From Aquificaceae bacterium (GTDB taxonomy: Bacteria; Aquificota; Aquificia; Aquificales; Aquificaceae), in NCBI GenBank assembly GCA_039630345.1, contig JBCNVD010000015.1, forward strand, positions 1-15,821: a DNA stretch of 15,821 nt, read 5' to 3'. The position numbers were made by a program, and so were the translations under genes. Each line of letters starts with the position of its first letter. Position 1 is the stretch's first letter. The notes under the pieces are model-generated. The model was given only the letters and a program-made list of their open reading frames with translations, was not told where the DNA came from and did no database searches. Positions 1-10,900 of the stretch are shown here, in pieces.

Positions 1-240
1 GTGTCTTTTGGGCGTTTCGTATTCAACATGGGTGATGTTTATGGTGATGCCTCTTTCTTTCTCTTCTGGTGCTTTGTCTATTTCTTCATAGCGCATGCAT
101 TTGGATCTGCCTCCTTCAAGCACACCTTTGCCAAGAACGCAGGTTATTGCAGAAGTCAGCGTAGACTTGCCATGGTCTACGTGTCCTATAGTTCCAACAT
201 TGACGTGTTCCTTTTCACGGACGAATTTTTCCTTGGCCAT
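1..240 (-). CDS. tuf: Elongation factor Tu, 5' part (first 80 codons; runs off the window edge)
   Basis: Manual translation from ATG at 240: [80 protein letters not shown]. It has the G1 motif GHVDHGKS and the effector motif RGITI. SD AGGAGGT at 248-254. Directly follows fusA. Not in the ORF track. Confidence 0.99.
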   Translation of the reverse strand, partial: MAKEKFVREKEHVNVGTIGHVDHGKSTLTSAITCVLGKGVLEGGRSKCMRYEEIDKAPEEKERGITINITHVEYETPKRH

Positions 241-252
241 TTGAAAAACCTC

Positions 253-2334
253 CTATTTTGTTGCCATTCTTTCACCAACTACCTGTTCAGTAACACTTTG
301 AGGAGCTTCCTCATAATGGGAAAATTTCATTATAAATGTTCCTCTTCCCTGTGTCAAGCTCCTTAGAGTAGTTGCATAACCAAACATTTCCGCAAGTGGG
401 ACATGAGCTTTTATAGCGGTTATTATGCCCTTATTTTCCATCCCCATTATCCTGCCCCTCCTTGAGTTTAGGTCTCCTATGACATCCCCGACATAATCAT
501 CAGGTGTTTCAACCTCTACCTCCATTATTGGCTCAAGAAGGGCAAGACCTGCCTTTTTGGCAGCTTCTTTGAAGGCAATCGAGCCAGCAATTTTAAAAGC
601 CATCTCTGAAGAGTCAACCTCGTGGAAAGAACCATCAAACAGTTTTACTTTCACATCTACCACAGGGAAGTTTGCCAAAACCCCGTTTTGCATAGCCTCT
701 TTTATACCCTCTTCAACAGCTGGTATGTATTCTTTAGGAATTATTCCGCCCACAATAGCATTCTCGAAAATGAATCCTTTACCCCTCTCAAGGGGCTCTA
801 CCTCGATAACTGCGTGGCCGTATTGTCCTCTACCACCTGTCTGACGTATGAATTTACCCTCTGCTACTACTTTGGATTTGATTGTTTCTTTATATGCTAC
901 CTGTGGTTTTCCTACGGTTACCTCTATACCGTATTCCCTTCTCATTCTATCGACGATAATCTCAAGGTGAAGCTCTCCCATACCGTGAATAAGAGTCTGA
1001 CCAGTTTCCTGATCTGCAGTCGCTCTAAATGTCGGGTCTTCTTTCATAAACTTATTTAGCACCTGAGATAGCTTTTCCTGGTCTTTTTTGGTTTTTGGTT
1101 CTATTGCCATAGATATGACAGGCTCTGGAAACTCGAGCTTTTCAAGGAGTATTTGATTTTTTTCGTCACAAAGAGTGTCTCCGGTCGTTGCATCAAGTCC
1201 TACTGCAGCAACTATCTCACCCGCAGACGCTTCTTGAACATCTTCTCTGGAGTTTGCGTGCATTAGCAAAAGCCTTCCTATGCGCTCTTTTTTATCTTTA
1301 GTAACATTAATTACATAAGAACCCGCAAGGACTTTACCTGAAAAAACCCTAAAGTATGTTAGCTGACCTGCGTATGGGTCACTCATTACCTTGAAAACAT
1401 AACCGCAGAAAGGCGCGTCATCTTCTGGCATTCTGTTCTCTTCTTCCTGAGTTTTTGGGTTTGTGCCACTTACTGGCGGAACATCCAGAGGTGAAGGCAA
1501 GTAATCCACTACTGCATCAAGAAGTGGTTGAACCCCTTTGTTTTTAAAAGCAGAACCACAAAGAACTGCAACCAGTTTTCTCTCTATTATGGCTTTTCTA
1601 AGAACTCTCTTTAGGTCAGCTGTTTTTATATCCTCTCCCTCTAAATACTTAGACATTAGCTCATCGTCTTGTTCTACTATTGCCTCTACCATCTTTGAGC
1701 GCCACTCGTTTGCCTGAGCGATTAAATCCTCAGGTATTTCCGCAATCTCGTATTTTGCCCCTAGGGTCTCTTCTAGCCAGATGATTGCTTTCATCTCCAT
1801 CAGATCCACTATTCCTCTAAATTGGTCTTCAGCACCTATGGGGATTTGAATTGCAACTGGCTTTATGCTTAGTTTTTTCTCAATTTCATTAAAAACCCTG
1901 TAAAAACTTGCACCGAGTCTATCTAGTTTGTTAATAAAGGCAATTCTGGGAACGCCGAATCTATCCGCCCACCTCCAGTTTGCTTCGGATTGTGGTTGAA
2001 CCCCTTCCACTGCGGAGAATATAAAGACTATCCCATCGAGCACCTTCATGGACCTGACAACCTCTACCGAGAAGTCAACGTGACCCGGTGTGTCGATGAT
2101 GTTTATCTGATGGTCTTTCCAGTAACATGCTGTGGTCGCTGCGGTTATTGTAATACCTCTTTCACGCTCCTGAGGCATCCAGTCCATCGTGGCAGCACCC
2201 TCGTGGACTTCGCCTATTTTATAGGTCTTACCTGTGTAGTAAAGAATTCTCTCAGTTGTTGTGGTTTTCCCGGCGTCTATGTGAGCTACTATACCTATGT
2301 TTCTTAATCTCTCAATTGGCACAGTACGTGGCAT
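253..2334 (-). CDS. fusA: Elongation factor G
   Basis: 693 aa with [26 protein letters not shown] and GMGELHLE motifs. SD GGAGGTGA at 2339-2346. Lies between rpsG and tuf. Confidence 0.99.
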   Translation of the reverse strand: MPRTVPIERLRNIGIVAHIDAGKTTTTERILYYTGKTYKIGEVHEGAATMDWMPQERERGITITAATTACYWKDHQINIIDTPGHVDFSVEVVRSMKVLDGIVFIFSAVEGVQPQSEANWRWADRFGVPRIAFINKLDRLGASFYRVFNEIEKKLSIKPVAIQIPIGAEDQFRGIVDLMEMKAIIWLEETLGAKYEIAEIPEDLIAQANEWRSKMVEAIVEQDDELMSKYLEGEDIKTADLKRVLRKAIIERKLVAVLCGSAFKNKGVQPLLDAVVDYLPSPLDVPPVSGTNPKTQEEENRMPEDDAPFCGYVFKVMSDPYAGQLTYFRVFSGKVLAGSYVINVTKDKKERIGRLLLMHANSREDVQEASAGEIVAAVGLDATTGDTLCDEKNQILLEKLEFPEPVISMAIEPKTKKDQEKLSQVLNKFMKEDPTFRATADQETGQTLIHGMGELHLEIIVDRMRREYGIEVTVGKPQVAYKETIKSKVVAEGKFIRQTGGRGQYGHAVIEVEPLERGKGFIFENAIVGGIIPKEYIPAVEEGIKEAMQNGVLANFPVVDVKVKLFDGSFHEVDSSEMAFKIAGSIAFKEAAKKAGLALLEPIMEVEVETPDDYVGDVIGDLNSRRGRIMGMENKGIITAIKAHVPLAEMFGYATTLRSLTQGRGTFIMKFSHYEEAPQSVTEQVVGERMATK
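329..357 (-). promoter_or_regulatory. Candidate sigma70 promoter for tuf inside the 3' end of fusA
   Basis: Minus strand reads TTGACA (357-352), a 17-nt spacer CAGGGAAGAGGAACATT, then TATAAT (334-329). This is a perfect consensus, about 88 nt upstream of the tuf ATG. Confidence 0.75.
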
Positions 2335-2346
2335 AATCTCACCTCC

Positions 2347-2829
2347 TCACCATCTAAAGTGTGCAAAGACTTTGTTTGCCTCCGCCATTTTATGAGTGTC
2401 GTCACGCTTTTTAATGGCATTGCCCTTATCCTGTAAAACATCCAGCATTTCGCTTTTTAACCTGTCTATCATTGTATAAGCACCTCTTGAGCGGGGTCTG
2501 GTTCTTGCAGCTTCAACGAGCCACTTTAGAGCCAGACTAACCTGACGTCTTGGGCGAACCTCTACGGGAACCTGATAAGTAGCCCCACCGACCCTTCTTG
2601 GTCTTACCTCAAACTCTGGCTTTAACTTCTCAACGACTTTGTGAAGAAGCTCAACAGGGGGCAAATTTGCCTCTTTAGAGGCTTTTTCAATGGCTGAGTA
2701 GACTATCCACTCCGCTACGGACTTTTTGCCACTTATCATTACCTTGTTAATGAGCTGATGGACTATTACATCTCTGTATTTAGCATCCTGAGTAAGTTCC
2801 CTCTCTTTAACCGGTCCTTTGCGGGGCAT
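2347..2829 (-). CDS. rpsG: 30S ribosomal protein S7
   Basis: 160 aa with [11 protein letters not shown] and a C-terminal [15 protein letters not shown]. The start overlaps the rpsL stop (TAATG). Confidence 0.99.
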   Translation of the reverse strand: MPRKGPVKERELTQDAKYRDVIVHQLINKVMISGKKSVAEWIVYSAIEKASKEANLPPVELLHKVVEKLKPEFEVRPRRVGGATYQVPVEVRPRRQVSLALKWLVEAARTRPRSRGAYTMIDRLKSEMLDVLQDKGNAIKKRDDTHKMAEANKVFAHFRW

Positions 2830-3236
2830 TACTTTTTACCTCCTTTTGCCTGCTGAGCCTGACCTGGCTTTGGTCTCTTTGCGCCGTATTTTGAGCGTGA
2901 TTGCTTTCTGTTTGCAACGCCTGCCGTGTCAAGAGCTCCTCTAACTACCTTATACCTGACACCAGGCAGGTCTTTTACCCTTCCACCTCTTACAAGCACA
3001 AGCGAGTGTTCCTGAAGGTTATGCCCCTCTCCCGGGATATATGACGTTACCTCAATACCATTTGAGAGTCTGACCCTTGTGACTTTTCTGAGAGCGGAGT
3101 TTGGCTTTTTAGGAGTGACTGTATAAACCCTTACGCAAACCCCTCTTTTTTGGGGATTACCCTGCAAAGCAGGGGCTTTACTCTTTTTGCCCCTTGCTTT
3201 TCTTGCGTGTTTAACCAGCTGATTAATAGTGGGCAT
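2829..3236 (-). CDS. rpsL: 30S ribosomal protein S12
   Basis: 135 aa with [19 protein letters not shown] and [16 protein letters not shown] at 3244-3248. Confidence 0.99.
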   Translation of the reverse strand: MPTINQLVKHARKARGKKSKAPALQGNPQKRGVCVRVYTVTPKKPNSALRKVTRVRLSNGIEVTSYIPGEGHNLQEHSLVLVRGGRVKDLPGVRYKVVRGALDTAGVANRKQSRSKYGAKRPKPGQAQQAKGGKK

Positions 3237-3261
3237 TTAAATTCCTCCAAAGCAAAAGTAG

Positions 3262-3270
3262 ATTATAGCA
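3262..3270 (-). promoter_or_regulatory. Candidate extended -10 promoter (TGnTATAAT) for the str operon, overlapping the rpoC stop codon
   Basis: The rpoC end ATG CTA TAA T contains TGCTATAAT, 25 nt upstream of the rpsL ATG, with the SD downstream of the predicted start site. There is no -35 at canonical spacing. Confidence 0.55.
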
Positions 3271-6200
3271 TTCCCCTCAGCACTCTCTCGCTCTCTTTGT
3301 CAACTATCTCAACGCTTGCATAATCCCAAAGACCGGTACCAGCCGGTATCAGATTACCTATTATGACATTCTCTTTTATACCTCTTAGCTCATCCACGCG
3401 ACCCTCACAGGAAGAATCTGTAAGAACCTTGGTGGTTTCCTGGAATGATGCTGAAGATATCCAGCTACTAGATGTCAGGGCTGCTTTTGATATGCCAACA
3501 AGGATGGGCTCGGTCTTTGGTATTTTTCCGCCCTCTGCTTTTATCCTCTCGATCTCGCGCTCTAACTCCTCAAGTTCTACCTCGTCGTTTATGAGAAATC
3601 TACTATCTCCAGGATCGACTATTTTGCGTCTTCTCATCATCTGTCTTATGATGATTTCGAAGTGTTTGTCGTTTATATCAACTCCCTGACGCTTATAAAC
3701 CATCTGAACCTCTCTGAGCAAAAACTTCTGGAGTTCTTCAACTCCTTTTATTCTGAGAATCTCTTCCGGTATGGGAGTTCCGTCTGTTAAGGAATCTCCA
3801 GCACTAACATGGTCTCCGTTTTTCACCTGAAGATGCTTGCCTTTTGGCACAAAATACTCTCTCTCTATCCCGGTTTCGCGATTAAAAACTATAACTCTAT
3901 AACCTTTACCTTTTATTCTGACCTGACCGTCTATTTCGGACTGTATCCTCTCAGTAATTTGAGTGTTTTTAGAGATAAATTGCCCGTGTCTTACCAGAAT
4001 TAATTCACCTTTTTTGATGTCGTATTTTTTGGTTTCGCCTGTTCTTATATTAAAGACGATAACCTCATCTGCATCCTCGTAAATGCTTACAACTCCATCG
4101 ATCTCACTCAAAATCGCAGGATTTTTGGGTCTTCTTGCCTCGAAAAACTCATCTACTCTTGGTAGACCTCCGACTATGTCTCTTACTTTCGCTGTCTCTT
4201 TTGGAATTCTTGCCAGAACATCGCCTGGCTGGACTTTGTAGTCTTTGGCAACATAGAATCTATGCTGAACTGCATAGCCCTCGGACTCACTGCAAGTTGG
4301 ACAGGTGCCCCATTCAAGAGATACATGTTCAGGGGGGACCTGAACTATCGAACCGACGGGCAAGTCATACGAGACTTCTCTTCCGTCTTCTGTATATATA
4401 ACTACCTTTGGAGTGTGGAGCATTGCGTCCTTTGGACGTGTGAAGTAAACAACAGTTGAGGTTTTGCCAGTTAGAGTATCTCTCTCCTCTTTAACAGTTA
4501 CATCGAGGGCTATATCCTTAAATTCAACAAAACCGGGCTCTTCTGCAATGATGAATGTGTTAAATGGATCCCACTCAGCGAGCATAGTGCCGGCTTCGAC
4601 CTGCTTTCCTTCTTCTACCAAAACAGTGCATGCGTATGGTATTTGATGTCTTTCGACAATCCTCCCTTCCGCATCCAAAAGACCTATGGCAGCATCCTTG
4701 GAGATATTTATTTGCTTACCCTCGCGGTTTGTAATCAGTTTTACATTGTAGTATTTGACCCTACCGGATTTTTCGCATATAAGTTCGCCTCTTACCTTTT
4801 CCGCGGTTGCTGCGCCACCTATGTGAAATGTTCTCATTGTAAGTTGAGTTCCGGGCTCTCCTATGGACTGGGCTGCTATGATGCCAACGGCTTCCCCAAT
4901 GTCTACCAGCTTTCTCTGAGATAGGTCCCAGCCATAGCACATTGCACAAAGTCCGTTCTTTGCCTCACATGTCAGCGCAGATCTGACATAAACCTTCTCT
5001 ATGCCTGCGCTGACTATTTTGTCTGCGAGCTCTTCATCAACGACCTGCCCTCTTGATGCTATAACCTCTTTTGTGTATGGGTCTATAACGTCAGTTGCTA
5101 TGGTTCTGCCAATTATCCTCTCTTTTAGAGAGACTTTTTCTTCCCCTCCTTCCACAATTGCTTCCATTTCAATACCTCTTTGAGTCCCGCAATCGTGCTC
5201 GGTGATGGTAATGTCCTGAGCAACATCCACAAGTCTTCTTGTTAAATATCCCGCAAAGGATGTCTTTAGGGCAGTGTCCGCAAGACCTTTTCTTGCGCCA
5301 TAGGTAGAGATAAAGTACTCAAGAACGGAAAGTCCCTCTCTGAAATTTGAGACTATGGGCGTTTCTATGAACTCTCCGGTGTGCTTTGCAATCAGACCCC
5401 TCATGGCGGCTAACTGCCTTATCTGGTCTCTATTTCCGCGGGCTCCTGAGTTTGCCATCATAAATATTGGATTGAAAATCCCTGTAAAGACTTTATCTCT
5501 CTCCGGTCTTGAAGATTGCTCTATCTCTTCAAACATCGCCTTTGTGACCTTATCGGTAATCTCAGACCAGAGGTCTATGATTTTGTTATGGCGCTCTTTT
5601 GCGGTAATTATGCCTTTTCGGTGTTGCTCGGTAATTTCGTCAGTTTGCAAAAAGGCGCTCTGTATAAGACTGGATTTCTTCTCCGGAACTTTCAGATCCT
5701 GAGCCCCTATAGAGACCGCGGCTTTTGTAGCAACCTGAAAGCCAAGCTCTTTGAGTCTGTCTAAAAACTTCGCGGTTTTTTCTGGACCAAACTTTATGTA
5801 AATATCCGCAATTAGTTTTGAGGTCTTTTTCTTATCAAGAGGCTCATTAACAAACTTATAACCATCTGGCATTATGCTATTTAGCAAAACGCGCCCTGGG
5901 GTTGTTTCAATAATCTGACCGTTTTCCAATCTTAGCTTTATCTTTGCATGAATGTCAACAGCTTTATGCTCAAGAGCAAGGAGAACCTGCTCTCTGTTTA
6001 AAAAGAGCTTACCTTCTCCTCTTACCCCGGGCACTATCTGTGTCATGTAGTAAATTCCTAGAATCATATCCTGAGATGGCATTGTAATTGGCTTTCCATT
6101 TGCAGGAGAGAGGATATTCTGGGTTGAGAGCATCAAAACATAAGCCTCAAGCTGTGGAATGATGCCAAGGGGTACATGAACCGCCATCTGGTCGCCGTCG

Positions 6201-7960
6201 AAGTCGGCGTTAAATGGAGGGCATACAAGAGGATGGAGCTGAATTGCCTTGCCATCTACCAAAACTGGCTCAAAGGCCTGAATAGACATTCTATGAAGGG
6301 TAGGGGCTCTATTTAGCAAAACCGGGTGCTGCTTAACAACTTCCTCAAGACATTCCCAGACCTCGGGGGTTTTTTGCTCAACAAGTCTTTTGGCGTTTTT
6401 GATAGATGTAGCATAACCCTTTTCTTCAAGACGCCTGTAAACAAAGAGTTTAAACAGCTCAAGAGCCATTATTCTGGGAAGACCGCACTGGTGCATTTTT
6501 AGTTCTGGTCCAACGACTATGACGCTCCTTCCAGAGTAATCAACCCTTTTACCGAGGAGGTTTTGTCTAAAGCGCCCTTGCTTACCCCTTAGATAGTCTG
6601 ATATGGATTTTAGGGCTCTTCCGTTCTGAGTCACCATCCTGCCGCGCTTTGAGTTATCTATCAGCGCAGAAACCACTTCCTGAAGCATTCTCTTTTCGTT
6701 GCGGATAATAATCTCAGGTGCTCCAAGCTCTATAAGTCTTTTGAGACGATTGTTCCTGTTTATGATTCTTCTGTAAAGGTCATTTAAGTCAGAAGTTGCA
6801 AATCTTCCGCCCTCCAGAGGGACCAAAGGTCTTAGCTCAGGCGGGAGAACAGGCAAGACCTCAAGAATCATCCACTCAGGTCTGTTGCCACTCTCTAAAA
6901 AATCCTCAACAAGCCTTAAAACTCTCAAGAGCTTTTTGACCTTGCTCTCTGAAACCTCTCTCAATACGGTGTTTCTAACCTCTGACCTTAGCTTTTCAAT
7001 CACGGGGAGCTGGGGATTTTTGGACCTATTTAGCTCATAAAACTTTATAAAGCCCTCCACTCCAGAGAGGTATTCTTCTTTTTCTTCTTTACTAAAATCC
7101 CCGCTTCGCGGGTTTATAAATATCTCCCCTCTAAAAAGCCCGTGGAGCAAAGCCTCAAGAGTTGTCCCCTCCGGGATAGGGATATCTATAGATAGAGCTC
7201 TTAAAAAGTCTGCAACCGTCTTTAGCATACGCTCGTAGAGTCTTCTGTGGCGCTCAAAAACCTCAGGGGAAGATAAATCCTCAAGTCCAAAGCTATATGG
7301 CTTTACCTCTGCCCTTAGCTTCTTGGCATAAGCCTCCAGGTCCAGTTCCGCAAGGACTCTTTTGACCATCTCTGAGCCAGTCCCGCCCTCAAACCTGTTA
7401 TCGAGGTTTATGGCAAATTCTTCAATGTATTTCTCCTCTTCGACCACTGAAATTTTGACAAATCTGGTCTTTCCATCTTCTCCTCTTAAAGGAATGGTGT
7501 CTTCAGCCTGAGCAAACTGGGCTTCTTCTTCCTCGGATGGAAACTCAAGAACAAGATAAGAATGCAAGTATATAACCCTTTCCACGTCTTTTGTTGAGAG
7601 TCCGAGCAAGGTTCCAATTTTTGAAGGCGTGCTTTTGAGAAACCATATGTGAGCAACAGGGGATGCAAGAGTTATATGTCCAAAGCGCTTTCTCCTTACA
7701 TAAGACCTGGTGACCTCGACACCGCATCTATCACAAATTGTGCCTTCGAAGCGCTTGCCCTTGTACTTACCACACAGGCATTCATAATCTTTTACAGGAC
7801 CAAAGATTTTCGCACAGAAAAGACCGTCCTTTTCGGGTTTGTGAGTTCTGTAATTTATAGTCTCGGGCTTTTTTACCTCACCAAAGCTCCAGGATTTAAT
7901 CTCCTCCGGTGAGGCAAGCATAAGCCTTATTCTTTCAAAGGGTAAAAGACCCTTTTTCAT
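3263..7960 (-). CDS. rpoC: DNA-directed RNA polymerase beta' subunit
   Basis: 1565 aa. N-terminal Zn site CLCG...CDRC, catalytic NADFDGD (6191-6211), bridge helix GLADTALKT...YLTRRL, trigger loop TMRTFHIGG and SFQETT. The start overlaps the rpoB stop (TAATG). Confidence 0.99.
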   Translation of the reverse strand: MKKGLLPFERIRLMLASPEEIKSWSFGEVKKPETINYRTHKPEKDGLFCAKIFGPVKDYECLCGKYKGKRFEGTICDRCGVEVTRSYVRRKRFGHITLASPVAHIWFLKSTPSKIGTLLGLSTKDVERVIYLHSYLVLEFPSEEEEAQFAQAEDTIPLRGEDGKTRFVKISVVEEEKYIEEFAINLDNRFEGGTGSEMVKRVLAELDLEAYAKKLRAEVKPYSFGLEDLSSPEVFERHRRLYERMLKTVADFLRALSIDIPIPEGTTLEALLHGLFRGEIFINPRSGDFSKEEKEEYLSGVEGFIKFYELNRSKNPQLPVIEKLRSEVRNTVLREVSESKVKKLLRVLRLVEDFLESGNRPEWMILEVLPVLPPELRPLVPLEGGRFATSDLNDLYRRIINRNNRLKRLIELGAPEIIIRNEKRMLQEVVSALIDNSKRGRMVTQNGRALKSISDYLRGKQGRFRQNLLGKRVDYSGRSVIVVGPELKMHQCGLPRIMALELFKLFVYRRLEEKGYATSIKNAKRLVEQKTPEVWECLEEVVKQHPVLLNRAPTLHRMSIQAFEPVLVDGKAIQLHPLVCPPFNADFDGDQMAVHVPLGIIPQLEAYVLMLSTQNILSPANGKPITMPSQDMILGIYYMTQIVPGVRGEGKLFLNREQVLLALEHKAVDIHAKIKLRLENGQIIETTPGRVLLNSIMPDGYKFVNEPLDKKKTSKLIADIYIKFGPEKTAKFLDRLKELGFQVATKAAVSIGAQDLKVPEKKSSLIQSAFLQTDEITEQHRKGIITAKERHNKIIDLWSEITDKVTKAMFEEIEQSSRPERDKVFTGIFNPIFMMANSGARGNRDQIRQLAAMRGLIAKHTGEFIETPIVSNFREGLSVLEYFISTYGARKGLADTALKTSFAGYLTRRLVDVAQDITITEHDCGTQRGIEMEAIVEGGEEKVSLKERIIGRTIATDVIDPYTKEVIASRGQVVDEELADKIVSAGIEKVYVRSALTCEAKNGLCAMCYGWDLSQRKLVDIGEAVGIIAAQSIGEPGTQLTMRTFHIGGAATAEKVRGELICEKSGRVKYYNVKLITNREGKQINISKDAAIGLLDAEGRIVERHQIPYACTVLVEEGKQVEAGTMLAEWDPFNTFIIAEEPGFVEFKDIALDVTVKEERDTLTGKTSTVVYFTRPKDAMLHTPKVVIYTEDGREVSYDLPVGSIVQVPPEHVSLEWGTCPTCSESEGYAVQHRFYVAKDYKVQPGDVLARIPKETAKVRDIVGGLPRVDEFFEARRPKNPAILSEIDGVVSIYEDADEVIVFNIRTGETKKYDIKKGELILVRHGQFISKNTQITERIQSEIDGQVRIKGKGYRVIVFNRETGIEREYFVPKGKHLQVKNGDHVSAGDSLTDGTPIPEEILRIKGVEELQKFLLREVQMVYKRQGVDINDKHFEIIIRQMMRRRKIVDPGDSRFLINDEVELEELEREIERIKAEGGKIPKTEPILVGISKAALTSSSWISSASFQETTKVLTDSSCEGRVDELRGIKENVIIGNLIPAGTGLWDYASVEIVDKESERVLRGML

Positions 7961-10900
7961 TACTCTTCCTCCTCGACCTCTATCATGTCACAGGGCGAAT
8001 TGCCCCCGTTTTCGCATCTTATGTCAAGCCCAAGTGATTTGAGCTCTCTTACCAACACCCTGAAAGACTCGGGAATCCCCGGGGTGTAGATGTATTTGCC
8101 CTTAACTATCGATTCATAAACCTTCGTGCGACCATCCATATCGTCAGATTTAACAGTTAGCATCTCCTGAAGGGTATAGGCAGCTCCATGAGCTTCAAGA
8201 GCCCAAACCTCCATCTCGCCAAGTCTCTGACCCCCAAACTGAGCTCTACCTCCAAGTGGTTGCTGGGTAACCAGCGAGTAAGGACCTGTGGAGCGTGCGT
8301 GTATTTTGTCATCAACCATGTGGATGAGTTTTAGCATATGCATATATCCAATCGTGACTCGCATATCAAAAGGTTCGCCGGTTCTACCATCGTATAAAAC
8401 AGCTTTGCCATCTGGTGGAAGACCTGCCAGCTCTAACATCTGTTTGATGTGCTCTTCCTGAGCGCCCTCAAAAGCCTGGGTCGCTATGGGAATACCCATC
8501 TCACCATACAGCGCAAAAATCTCTTTGAGCTCTTCGTAAGAGGCCTGTTCAAAGAGAGAGTTCAGTGTTTGAAGGCTTTTGCCTGTTTTATCGCCAATGG
8601 AGTAGACTTTCTCAAGAAGTTCTCTGGCTTTTTGCACTTCTCCGCTTTCAAAGAGCTTTGCTACTTTTTTCCCGAGCTCTTTGCTCGCCCAGCCTAAATG
8701 GGTTTCTAATATTTGTCCCACGTTCATTCGCGAAGGCACTCCAAGAGGGTTCAGGACAATATCCACCGGTGTACCATCTTCAAGAAATGGCATATCCTCA
8801 ACCGGTAAAACAACCGATATAACCCCTTTGTTTCCATGGCGACCGGCCATTTTGTCCCCGACCTTTATCTTTCTTTTTTGGGCTATATAAACCTTCACCA
8901 AGGTTATAGCTCCTGAGGGAAGGTCACCTCGCTTGCCTATGGCTTCCAATCTTTCCTGATAGAGTTTTGTAAGCAGGTCGACCTGTGCCTTTGTGCGGTC
9001 CCTTACCTGAGAGATTTTCTGGCAGAGATCTTCGTCGTTGAAGATATTTTCGGGCCTCGAGACTATATAGTTAACAAACTCATCAAAGAGTTTTTCATCC
9101 AGAACAGTGCCTGGGCTATAGGTTTTTCTCTTTATGGTAATTTCTCTATCGATTGTCTTCCCCAGGACCATATCTTTAAGAGCTCTGTTTCTTCCCTCGA
9201 CCACGAGTTTTTTCCTGTGCTCTAATTCTCTCTCTAGCTGTTCTCTTTCCTGGGCTTCTATACTCTCGGCAAGGTAGTTTCTTCTATCCAGAGAGCGCCT
9301 TGTAAAGACCTTTACATCAACCACGACTCCCTCAACTCCGGGAGGACATCTAAGCGATGTGTCTTTTACATCCCTTGATTTTTCCCCAAAGATTGCCTGA
9401 AGGAGTTTTTCCTCGGGGGTTTGCTGCGCTTCGCCCTTTGGCGAGACCTTGCCAACAAGTATGTCACCGGGTTTTACCACAGTGCCTATTTTGACTATGC
9501 CAAACTCATCAAGATGTGAAAGTAGCTTCTCTGGAATTCCGGGAATCTGGCGCGTTATCTCTTCGTTGCCTATTTTGGTCTCCCTTGCCTCTACCTCTAG
9601 CTCCTCTATATGAATAGAGGTAAAGATATCCTCGCGCACCAGTCTTTCTGAAATAACTATCGCGTCTTCGAAGTTATAGCCTCTCCAGGGCATAAATGCC
9701 ACTAGCACATCTTTTCCAAGTGCTAGCTCGCCAAGAAAGGTAGATTGTCCATCTGCTATGATATCGCCCTCTTTGAGGCGCTGACCTTTTGAAACCAAAG
9801 GACGCTGATTTACGCAGGTGCTTTGATTGGTGCGCTCAAACTTTCTTAGCTCGTATATATCGATTCCTATGTCTGTGGGGTCATTTTCATCGAGTTTTTC
9901 TGCTCTTATTACCACCCTTTTAGAGTCCACTTCCTCTACAATACCGCCTCTTTTTGCAATCACCAGGGAGCGACTGTCTCTTGCGACCTTTGCTTCCATA
10001 CCTGTGCCTATAACGGGAGCTTTAGTAAAAATCAAAGGCACAGCCTGACGCTGCATATTCGAACCCATAAGGGCTCTATTTGCATCATCGTGCTCAAGAA
10101 ACGGTATTAAAGACGCAGAAACAGATATAACTTGCTTTGGAGAGACATCCATATAGTTAACCTGCTCTGGTTTTACTATAAGAATGTCATTTTTGAATCT
10201 TGCAAATACTCTGTCAGAGGCTATTTTACCCTCCTCATCAGAGGGGGTGTATTGTGCAATTATGTAATCTTCCTCTTCGTATGCGGCCAGATAGTCAACC
10301 TTGTCTGTAACTTTGCCATTTTCAACGCGCTTATATGGCGTTACTATAAAGCCATATTCATTAGTTTGCGCAAAAACCGTAAGAGATGTAACAAGCCCTA
10401 TATTCTGTCCCTCAGGAGTTTCTATGGGGCATATCCTCCCGTAGTGGGATGGATGAACGTCCCTTATTTCAAATTTAGCGCTCTCGCGCGTTAAACCCCC
10501 TGGACCAAGAGCTGAAAGCCTCCTTTTGTGAGTTAGTGAAGATAAGGGGTTTGTATTATCCAGATACTGCGATAGCATTCCACCTTTTAAAAACTCATAA
10601 AGACTAGTGGTTAAGTATCTGGGATTTAAAAGGTCCTGTGGTTTGAGGTTTGGGTCTTCGGGGTTAGAGGCATTGCATCTATCTTTGAAAAACCTCTCCA
10701 TCTTGGCAAAGCCAATCCTTGCCTGATTTTCAAGCAGTTCCCCAACAGCCCTTATCCTCCTGTTGCCAAGATATGCTATGTCGTCTTTTTTCTCCCTGCC
10801 AAAGCGAAGGTTGATAAGGTATTTAACGGTGTTTACAAGGTCTATTGTTTGTAAAAACCTTGCCTGCCAGTCAGTCATGCTCTTTACAGATATCGAGCTG

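Noticed and set aside
1..366. 121-aa plus-strand ORF
   Set aside because: It is the antisense shadow of tuf and fusA, with no recognisable motif.
2347..2352. UGA recoding as Trp, prompted by TGG-TGA at the rpsG end
   Set aside because: rpsG, rplA and secE end in TGA at their expected C-termini, and the tRNA-Trp anticodon is CCA, consistent with the standard bacterial code.
3298..3303. TTGACA upstream of the rpoC-stop TATAAT
   Set aside because: The spacer is 30 nt, too long for it to act as the -35.
5929..5958. TTGACA-18-TAAGAT in the middle of rpoC
   Set aside because: The -10 is imperfect and no gene start lies nearby, so it is probably chance.
7955..7975. Possible rpoB-rpoC fusion or programmed frameshift
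   Set aside because: There is a clean TAA stop, a TAATG overlap and a good SD for rpoC. This is ordinary translational coupling.
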